NCBI GenBank assembly: GCA_003559395.1
Contig: PWLL01000040.1
Location: 1 to 6,861, forward strand
Source of the DNA: Candidatus Iainarchaeum sp.
GTDB lineage: Archaea; Iainarchaeota; Iainarchaeia; Iainarchaeales; CSSED10-239
DNA: 6,861 nucleotides
Direction of reading: 5' to 3'
In this document: positions 1 to 5,614 of the stretch, piece after piece
Layout: each line of letters begins with the position of its first letter
Numbering within the stretch: position 1 is the stretch's first letter
The notes under the pieces: model-generated
Database searches by the model: none
Told to the model about the DNA's origin: nothing
The model's input: only the letters and a program-made list of their open reading frames with translations
Position numbers and translations under genes: made by a program

Positions 1-112
1 AAGAAATCTTTAACAAAGTTATTGACTTAATAGAAATTTGCAATAAAAAAATATTAAAAAAATATTTAGAATATTATCCAAAAACTATGAAAAAAATGAT
101 TGCAGAGTATAT

Positions 113-862
113 ATGATTAAACTAATAAAAGACAGAAACATCTTAGATAGATTTGTAATAGACTTTACAAAAGTTTTAGAAAAATACACAAAATACGCAG
201 TTGTTTCTGGATTTTTAGCAATATCTAGTGGGCGTGTAAGAGGTACTGAAGATATTGATTTAATTGTAGAAGAAATGACCAAAGAATCGTTTATTAAATT
301 TTTTAAAGAAATATATAAAAAAGGTTTTTCTTGTGTTCAAGGAGATGATGTAGAACTAATATGGAATCTGTATTTAAAGGATAAATCAACAATAAGGTTT
401 GTAAGAAAAGGAACAATGATTCCAGATATTGAATTTAAGTTTCCTAAAACAAAAGCAGATAAAATAGCAATAACAACAAGAAAATTATTACCATTAACAG
501 GCCTTCCAATATATTTTGGAAGTTTAGAAAGCACAATAGCTTTTAAAGAACATCTTTTAAAATCACAAAAAGATATAGAAGATGCAAACCATTTAAGAAA
601 AGTATATTCTGAAGAAATAAAAGAAGAAGAAATTAAAAAAATAAAAAGATTAATAGAAAAAGAAATATCTCCAAATTTTAAAGACAAAAAACAACAGGTC
701 TACTACGGAAGAGATAAAACACACACTGACTTTATTGAAGAATGGGCAAAGCATGTAAAAAACAATCCAACAAAAGTTTGGAAAAAAGAAATAAATAAGT
801 TTATTGATGCACAATATAGCAAATCTAAAGAATTTTATAAAAGACTAAATAAAAAACAATAA
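113..862 (+). CDS. Nucleotidyltransferase-fold protein (Pol-beta superfamily minimal NTase, AbiEii/DUF1814- or DUF2204-like) with an unassigned ~85-aa Lys/Glu-rich C-terminal extension
   Basis: 249-codon ORF, ATG to TAA. VVSGFLAISSGRVRGTEDIDLIVEE (nt 200-274) fits the hG[GS]-x(9-13)-DhDh NTase signature. SQKDIEDANHL (nt 563-595) resembles the KD-x-x-D-x-x-x-L helix motif of AbiEii-type and small archaeal NTases. Residues ~166-249 are not recognisable to me. The stop is followed directly by a T7 run. Confidence 0.7.
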   Translation: MIKLIKDRNILDRFVIDFTKVLEKYTKYAVVSGFLAISSGRVRGTEDIDLIVEEMTKESFIKFFKEIYKKGFSCVQGDDVELIWNLYLKDKSTIRFVRKGTMIPDIEFKFPKTKADKIAITTRKLLPLTGLPIYFGSLESTIAFKEHLLKSQKDIEDANHLRKVYSEEIKEEEIKKIKRLIEKEISPNFKDKKQQVYYGRDKTHTDFIEEWAKHVKNNPTKVWKKEINKFIDAQYSKSKEFYKRLNKKQ

Positions 863-869
863 TTTTTTT
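863..869 (+). terminator. Oligo-T (T7) run immediately after the NTase stop; archaeal-style terminator candidate
   Basis: TAA followed by TTTTTTT. The same 14-mer AATAATTTTTTTAA recurs at the mazF stop (3939-3952). Archaeal RNAP terminates at oligo-T tracts. Confidence 0.4.
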
Positions 870-897
870 AAAAATATGTTTATATTTTGTTTGTTTC

Positions 898-915
898 TTA
901 TATATATTATATTTT
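898..915 (+). promoter_or_regulatory. TATA-box-like tract upstream of srp54 (short-leader or leaderless transcript)
   Basis: TTATATATATTATATTTT lies 19-36 nt upstream of the ATG at 934, and no Shine-Dalgarno-like purine run lies between. In such AT-rich DNA, TATA-like strings are common, so confidence is low. Confidence 0.3.
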
Positions 916-933
916 AGTAAAAAAAGATCATAT

Positions 934-2334
934 ATGAGCCTAGGAGAAAAACTACGAGACGCAGTAGACAAAGTTAAACAATCTGTGCATGTTGATAAAC
1001 AACTTGTAAAAGAAGTTATTAAAGAGATACAAAGAGCATTAATAACCTCAGACGTAAACATAAAACTAGTTCTAGAAATAAGTAAAGAAATAGAACAAAA
1101 AGCTTTTGAAAATGTTCCAACAGGAATTACTAGAAAAGAACATCTTGTTAAGGTCTTTTATGATACTTTAGTAAAATATATAGGGGGAGAAACAAAAGAA
1201 CTAGAAGAAAATCCAGAAAAAATACTTCTTTGTGGTTTGTTTGGTTCAGGAAAAACAACAACCGCAGCAAAACTTGCTAAATTTTATAAAAAAAGAGGAC
1301 TTAAGGTCGGAGTCGTATGTGCTGACACCTATAGACCTGCAGCATATGATCAACTTAAACAATTGTGTGAAAAAGCAGATGTTGTTTTTTATGGCGATAT
1401 TGAAGAAAAAAACGCTTCTAAAGTAGTTGAAGCAGGAGTTTCTTATCTTCAAAAAAATAATGTGAATCTTATTATTGTTGACTCTGCAGGAAGAAGTGCA
1501 CTAGATGAAGAACTAACAAAAGAGATTAAAGATATATATAAGATATTTCAACCAAAATATTCTTTCTTAGTCTTGTCTGCTGATGTTGGTCAAGCAGTAA
1601 AAGACCAGGCCCAAGCCTTTAATGAGTCTGTTGGTGTTGACGGGGTTGTTATTACTAAGCTTGATGGGTCTGCTAAAGGCGGTGGTGCTTTAACTGCATG
1701 TTATTTAACCAAATCTCCTATATATTTCATAGGAACAGGAGAAAAAATAGAAGATTTAGAGATATTTAATGCAGATAGATATCTTTCTAGAATAATGGGT
1801 TATGGAGATATTTCTTCTTTGTTAGAAAAAATAAACGAAGTAACAACACAAGAACAACTAGAACAAATGAAAGATGTAAATCCAAAAGATATCTTAAAAG
1901 GAAAGTTTAATTTTAAGCTTTTTAAACAACAACTATCTTTTACAAAGAAATTAGGACCATTTTCTAAAGTTTTAGGGTTTTTAGGTGCAGGAAATAAACT
2001 ATCTGAAGAACAAAAAAACCTAGGACAAGAGAAAATAAACAAATTTAATATTATTTTGGATTCTTTTACAAAAGAAGAGTTAGAAAACGATACAGATTTT
2101 ATAACTAAGAGCAGAATAAAAAGAATTGCTTCTGGTTCTGGAAAAAAATATGAAGATGTTAAAGAAATGATCTCACAAGTAAAGAAAATGAAAAAGATGT
2201 TCAGAAAAATGAGTGGTGGAGACCTAAAGAATCTTTCTAAAAACATTAATCCAAAAGATCTAGAAAACATGGATCCTTCAAAGATGGATCTTTCACAGAT
2301 GAAAGATCTTTCTAAAAAACTAAAATACAAATAA
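934..2334 (+). CDS. srp54: Signal recognition particle 54 kDa protein (SRP54 GTPase), archaeal type
   Basis: 466 codons. The N domain VDKQLVKEVIKEIQRALITSDVNIKLV closely resembles methanogen SRP54, not bacterial Ffh. G-domain motifs: GLFGSGKTTTAAKLA (P-loop), ADTYRPAAYDQL, DSAGR, TKLDGSAKGGGAL, GTGE. M-domain motif: SRIKRIASGSG, followed by a Met/Lys-rich C-terminus. Confidence 0.97.
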   Translation: MSLGEKLRDAVDKVKQSVHVDKQLVKEVIKEIQRALITSDVNIKLVLEISKEIEQKAFENVPTGITRKEHLVKVFYDTLVKYIGGETKELEENPEKILLCGLFGSGKTTTAAKLAKFYKKRGLKVGVVCADTYRPAAYDQLKQLCEKADVVFYGDIEEKNASKVVEAGVSYLQKNNVNLIIVDSAGRSALDEELTKEIKDIYKIFQPKYSFLVLSADVGQAVKDQAQAFNESVGVDGVVITKLDGSAKGGGALTACYLTKSPIYFIGTGEKIEDLEIFNADRYLSRIMGYGDISSLLEKINEVTTQEQLEQMKDVNPKDILKGKFNFKLFKQQLSFTKKLGPFSKVLGFLGAGNKLSEEQKNLGQEKINKFNIILDSFTKEELENDTDFITKSRIKRIASGSGKKYEDVKEMISQVKKMKKMFRKMSGGDLKNLSKNINPKDLENMDPSKMDLSQMKDLSKKLKYK

Positions 2335-2341
2335 GAAAAAC

Positions 2342-3172
2342 ATGTATATCATATATCTTAGAATATTTATATTATTACTTTTTTGTGCTCTTGCAGCATA
2401 TACAGATAAGAAAACAGGATATATATATGACTGGATCACACTACCATTAATTTTTTTAGGAATAATAATTAATTTGTTTGTTTTTCCTTTTTCAAAGAAC
2501 CTTTCTTTTTTTACAACTGGCGCTATTATTTTTGCAATTGGTTTTGTTATTTACTATCTTGGAAAACTAGGAGGAGGAGATATAAAGTTGTTTTTAGGAA
2601 TACATTTTATGTTGCCTTATCTTAATGATCAATTGTTTATTTTGTGGGTGTTAGTTACTTCTTGTTTTTTAGGAGTTATCTTTATATCAATAAAATATAT
2701 TTTCATATTATTTAAAAAAATAAAGTTTACAAAAAAGTTATTGGTTGCAAAAATACCATCAATAATAACCAGTTTTGTTTTGTTTGTTTTGTTTTTTGTA
2801 TTTCTTTATTTTTCTGTAAATTATAGTGATATTTCTTCTTGGTTTTATTTAACTTTAATTCCTATTTTGTTAGGCTTGTTTATTAATATTTTTCAAGAAG
2901 AAGTTAAAAAACATATCTATCTTTTATGGAAAGAAGTTAAAGATATAGAAGATGGAGATGTTATTGCTTCTGAATATTTAACTAAGTCTTTAGAAGCAAA
3001 ACTTAAGCCAATCTTAAGAAACAAAAAAGTAATAGAGGAAAAAGACATAAAGCTTATGATTGAGAAAAAAATAACACAAAAGCTACCGATCTATTATTTT
3101 CTTCCAAAGTTTGGGCCTTATATATTTTTAGGGATTATTGTTTCTGTTTTTGTTTTGTTGTATTTTTTCTAA
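2342..3172 (+). CDS. Peptidase A24 family prepilin/preflagellin (archaellin) signal peptidase, FlaK/PibD-like
   Basis: 276 codons, polytopic and very hydrophobic. The first catalytic Asp context is AAYTDKKTGYI (D22, nt 2405-2407). The second is in a GxGD motif, GKLGGGDIKLF (D80, nt 2579-2581). This spacing matches archaeal PibD/FlaK. A ~70-aa soluble insert (QEEVKK...KITQKLP) precedes the last TM helix, as in the FlaK soluble domain. The gene starts 7 nt after the srp54 stop. Confidence 0.85.
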   Translation: MYIIYLRIFILLLFCALAAYTDKKTGYIYDWITLPLIFLGIIINLFVFPFSKNLSFFTTGAIIFAIGFVIYYLGKLGGGDIKLFLGIHFMLPYLNDQLFILWVLVTSCFLGVIFISIKYIFILFKKIKFTKKLLVAKIPSIITSFVLFVLFFVFLYFSVNYSDISSWFYLTLIPILLGLFINIFQEEVKKHIYLLWKEVKDIEDGDVIASEYLTKSLEAKLKPILRNKKVIEEKDIKLMIEKKITQKLPIYYFLPKFGPYIFLGIIVSVFVLLYFF

Positions 3173-3201
3173 AGCTTTGTATTATTTGTTATGCAAAACA
3201 A

Positions 3202-3208
3202 TTTTTTT
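3202..3208 (+). terminator. T7 run after the srp54-peptidase operon, preceded by a weak TTGTT/AACAA hairpin
   Basis: TTGTT(3186-3190)-atgcaa-AACAA(3197-3201) followed by TTTTTTT, 30 nt downstream of the peptidase stop. Confidence 0.4.
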
Positions 3209-3289
3209 AAAAAGATTAATTTATATATGTTATTATATTTATGATATGTATTAGGTATGAAAAATATGTGCTATGTATGTTTTCAGATT

Positions 3290-3297
3290 TTTAAATA
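3290..3297 (+). promoter_or_regulatory. TATA-box candidate (TTTAAATA) for the mazEF operon
   Basis: Its centre is ~43 nt upstream of the ATG at 3336. This predicts a ~16-nt leader carrying the SD-like GGTGAT at 3326-3331. Confidence 0.35.
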
Positions 3298-3335
3298 AAT
3301 AATTAAAAAATTTAAAAAATAAAAAGGTGATATTG

Positions 3336-3602
3336 ATGTATAAAGCATATACAACTGTTGGTCAAAGAGGACAAATAACAATCCCAAAAGAAATTAGATT
3401 AAAATTAAATATTAGTCAAAAAGATAGGTTGCTATTAAAATTGCAAGAAAATAATTTTATTATAGAAAAAACATTAAACAAAAAAGAAAAAGAAAAACAA
3501 ATGATAGAAGGATATAAAGCATTAACAAAAGTAAATAAAGAAACAATAGATGATTTTAAATATGCAGACCAAGAAAGCGATGATTTATTGGGTGATTATT
3601 AA
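3336..3602 (+). CDS. mazE: AbrB/SpoVT-fold MazE-like type II antitoxin
   Basis: GQRGQITIPKEIRLKLNISQKDRLLLK is a swapped-hairpin AbrB/SpoVT DNA-binding motif. The acidic C-terminal tail (DDFKYADQESDDLLGDY) is typical of toxin-groove-binding MazE tails. The ORF track starts at GTG 3327, but that GTG sits inside the SD-like GGTGAT (3326-3331). ATG 3336 has proper 4-nt spacing, so I prefer it (88 aa). The stop TAA (3600-3602) overlaps the mazF ATG by 1 nt. Confidence 0.85.
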   Translation: MYKAYTTVGQRGQITIPKEIRLKLNISQKDRLLLKLQENNFIIEKTLNKKEKEKQMIEGYKALTKVNKETIDDFKYADQESDDLLGDY

Positions 3603-3943
3603 TGCAAGTTAAAAGAGGGGATATATATTTAATAAATTTAGATCCTGTTGTTGGATCTGAACAAGGAAAAACAAGACCTTGTTTAGTTATTCAAAATGAC
3701 CTTGGTAATAAATATTCTTTAAACACGATTATTGCATCTATTTCTTCAAAAATAAATAAACATTATCCTTTTTTAGTAAAAGTAGAAAAAGGAGTGGCAA
3801 ATCTTCCAAAAGACAGTTATATACAATTAGATAAAATAAGAACAATATCTCTTGAAAGAATTATTAAAAAAATTGGAAGTCTTCCAAAAGAGTTGTTAGA
3901 AAAAGTAGATGTTGCTTTAAAAGATAGTTTAGGGTTAGAATAA
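3602..3943 (+). CDS. mazF: MazF/PemK-family type II toxin endoribonuclease
   Basis: 113 codons. VKRGDIYLINLDPVVGSEQGKTRPCLVIQND and LDKIRTISLERI closely parallel Bacillus EndoA/MazF. SD-like GGTGAT (3591-3596) lies 5 nt before the ATG. TAATG overlap with mazE. Confidence 0.93.
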   Translation: MQVKRGDIYLINLDPVVGSEQGKTRPCLVIQNDLGNKYSLNTIIASISSKINKHYPFLVKVEKGVANLPKDSYIQLDKIRTISLERIIKKIGSLPKELLEKVDVALKDSLGLE

Positions 3944-3974
3944 TTTTTTTAATGTTAAACCATTTTTGTTTTTT
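3944..3974 (+). terminator. Cluster of oligo-T runs (T7, T5, T6) directly after mazF
   Basis: TAA-TTTTTTT (3944-3950), then cATTTTTgTTTTTT (3963-3974). Confidence 0.45.
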
Positions 3975-4020
3975 AGTGCTATATAGTACTAAATATATAT
4001 AATTTCTATATATTTACTAC
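3974..4020. repeat. Two nested imperfect dyad symmetries in the mazF-abiEi spacer
   Basis: TAGTGCTATATAGTACTA (3974-3991) is an 18-bp palindrome with one symmetric mismatch pair (G:U compatible as RNA). GTACTAAATATATA (3986-3999) and TATATATTTACTAC (4007-4020) form a 13/14 inverted repeat with a 7-nt spacer. Confidence 0.5.
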
Positions 4021-4074
4021 CAAATAGACTTATTTTTATTTAAATATTTATTTGAAAATCCTACTTTTTGTATG

Positions 4075-4112
4075 TAAAGTAATCAAAAATGATTACTTTA
4101 TAAACCTTTTTT
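4075..4112 (+). promoter_or_regulatory. Perfect 10-bp inverted repeat overlapping a TATA-like box, followed by T6; candidate AbiEi operator/promoter (or hairpin+T attenuator)
   Basis: TAAAGTAATC (4075-4084), aaaaat, GATTACTTTA (4091-4100). TTTATAAA (4097-4104) is centred ~27 nt before the abiEi ATG at 4127, which is leaderless geometry. T6 at 4107-4112. Confidence 0.45.
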
Positions 4113-4126
4113 AAGATAATATATAT

Positions 4127-4801
4127 ATGAGAACAATAAATTTACTTGAAAACCTAAAAAAACACCCAACCTTTAGATTAGTAGATATAGAAAGAATAAC
4201 TAAAACTAATAAAAACTATGCAAAAACAAAAATAAACAGACTAATAAAAGCAAAAGATGTTTCCTGTGTTTCTAAAGGCATCTATACAGTATCATCAAAT
4301 ATAGAAGAAATTGCATCAAATATTGTTTATCCTTCTTATATTAGTTCATGGTACGCATCTTACTATAAAGGATATACAGAACAAATAGTAAACAAAATAA
4401 CAATCTTTACAACAATAAAAAAATCATTAATAAAATATAATAGATATAAAATAAACTTTGTAAAAACAAAACATATGTTTGGATATATAAAACAAGATAA
4501 TATATTTATTGTAGACGATAATAAACTACTGATAGATGTTTATCTAAAACCAAAAGAAATAGGAAACATTGATGAAATTATAAAGATAGTCAAAAAAGGA
4601 AACTTTAATAAAAATAAAATAATAGAATATTTAAAAAAGATTAATAAAAAATCATTAGTTAAAAAGATTGGATATTTATTAGAAAGATATAGAAATATAG
4701 ACATCTGTAATAACTTTAAAATAGACAAAAACTATGTGCTGTTAAATCCATTTAGTAAAAAAACAACTAAAACAAACACTAAATGGAGAGTGAAAATATG
4801 A
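4127..4801 (+). CDS. abiEi: AbiEi-family type IV toxin-antitoxin antitoxin / winged-HTH transcriptional regulator (COG5340-like)
   Basis: 224 codons. The N-terminal FRLVDIERITKTNKNYAKTKINRLIKAKDVSCVSKGIYTV matches the AbiEi wHTH pattern (...RL.k.G.l..v.kG.Y). YPSYISSWYASYYKGYTEQIVNKITIFT matches the conserved YISl.SAL.yhGLteQ block. The stop TGA overlaps ATG 4798 of the NTase toxin (ATGA). Confidence 0.85.
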   Translation: MRTINLLENLKKHPTFRLVDIERITKTNKNYAKTKINRLIKAKDVSCVSKGIYTVSSNIEEIASNIVYPSYISSWYASYYKGYTEQIVNKITIFTTIKKSLIKYNRYKINFVKTKHMFGYIKQDNIFIVDDNKLLIDVYLKPKEIGNIDEIIKIVKKGNFNKNKIIEYLKKINKKSLVKKIGYLLERYRNIDICNNFKIDKNYVLLNPFSKKTTKTNTKWRVKI

Positions 4802-5535
4802 TAGATAAAGAAGAACTTAAAAAACTTGCTCAAATAAAATCACTAAATCTAGGACAAGCAGAAAAAGATTATTTTCAAAACATTGTTTTATTTAACCTAT
4901 ATAAAATCTACTCAACAGAACTTGTTTTTAAAGGAGAAACAGCTTTATCAAAATGTTATGGGTTAGATAGGTTTTCTGAAGACTTAGACTTTACTGCATC
5001 TTCTTTATTCGACTCAAACAAACTAAAAGAAAAACTAAATAGGTTTTTTCAAGAATATGATTTTCAAGAAAAAAAAGTTGTGGGGAATAATTTAAAAATA
5101 ACTATAAGATTTAAAGGTCCATTATACACAGGACAAAAAAACAGCACTTGTAAAATTGTTTTAGACATAAGCTACAGAGAAAATATATTAATCACTCCAG
5201 AAATACGAAAAATAATTTCAGAAATAGAAGTGCCTTCTTTTGATGTTTATGTTATGGCTAAAGAAGAAATATTATCTGAAAAAATAATAGCAATTATGAC
5301 AAGAGACAAAGCAAGAGATGTTTATGATCTTTGGTATTTGTTAAAAGCAAAAACTGTTGTAAATAAAAAACTTATAAACGAAAAACTAAAGTATTATTCA
5401 CAAGAATGGGATGCAAATAAATTTAAAGAAAAACTTTTAGATAAAAAAAACATTTGGGAAACAGAGTTGTCTTCTTTAATAGACGTTGTTCCTAGTTTTA
5501 AAGACGTTTTAGAAGATATTCATGAAAAGATTTAG
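4798..5535 (+). CDS. abiEii: AbiEii/AbiGii (DUF1814) nucleotidyltransferase toxin of a type IV TA system
   Basis: FKGETALSKCYGLDRFSEDLDFT is the AbiEii NTase motif I/II. TRDKARDVYDLWYL is the conserved RD-x-YD motif. IVLDISYRE is the typical beta-strand block. The ORF track starts at ATG 4783. I prefer ATG 4798 (245 aa) because of the ATGA stop/start overlap with abiEi and GGAG at 4785-4788 nine nt upstream. Confidence 0.9.
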   Translation: MIDKEELKKLAQIKSLNLGQAEKDYFQNIVLFNLYKIYSTELVFKGETALSKCYGLDRFSEDLDFTASSLFDSNKLKEKLNRFFQEYDFQEKKVVGNNLKITIRFKGPLYTGQKNSTCKIVLDISYRENILITPEIRKIISEIEVPSFDVYVMAKEEILSEKIIAIMTRDKARDVYDLWYLLKAKTVVNKKLINEKLKYYSQEWDANKFKEKLLDKKNIWETELSSLIDVVPSFKDVLEDIHEKI

Positions 5536-5576
5536 AAGATAAAAAAGAAAAAATTTAGAAGATAAAAAAGAGAAGA
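5508..5576. repeat. Three tandem 23-bp direct repeats spanning the abiEii 3' end and stop codon
   Basis: c1 5508-5530 TTTAGAAGATATTCATGAAAAGA. c2 5531-5553 TTTAGAAGATAAAAAAGAAAAAA. c3 5554-5576 TTTAGAAGATAAAAAAGAGAAGA. Hand counts: c2/c3 21/23, c1/c2 18/23, c1/c3 18/23. A degenerate fourth copy lies at 5587-5609, and the heptamer GACGTTT precedes both c1 (5503) and the fourth copy (5583). Confidence 0.8.
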
Positions 5577-5614
5577 TAATATGACGTTTGTAAGATATGT
5601 AGGACAAGAAAAAC

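Noticed and set aside
3-98. Frame open from the left window edge to TGA at 96-98 (32 codons); possible 3' end of an upstream gene.
   Set aside because: Too short to call. A stop-free run of this length is only mildly unlikely in this composition, and the peptide has no recognisable motif. It is mentioned under the NTase finding but not listed as a feature.
2262-2312. Palindromes near the srp54 3' end, e.g. GAAAGATCTTTC (2301-2312) and repeated AAAGATCT / GGATC strings.
   Set aside because: They are a by-product of the repeated Lys-Asp-Leu coding (AAA GAT CTT is self-complementary) in the low-complexity SRP54 C-terminal tail, and they lie inside the CDS. No terminator or operator role is needed to explain them.
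3225-3280. ATATGT hexamers at 3225, 3244 and 3264 (about 19-20 bp phasing) plus TATGTATGT at 3272; possible MazE operator half-sites.
   Set aside because: Short AT-rich hexamers recur by chance in this composition, and I could find no dyad symmetry. Worth an EMSA only if the mazEF promoter is studied anyway.
3257-3298. 13-codon micro-ORF with a CxxC (MKNMCYVCFQIFK) in the mazEF upstream spacer.
   Set aside because: It runs through the predicted mazEF TATA box, the AGGT is immediately adjacent to the ATG (bad spacing), and the length is within chance expectation.
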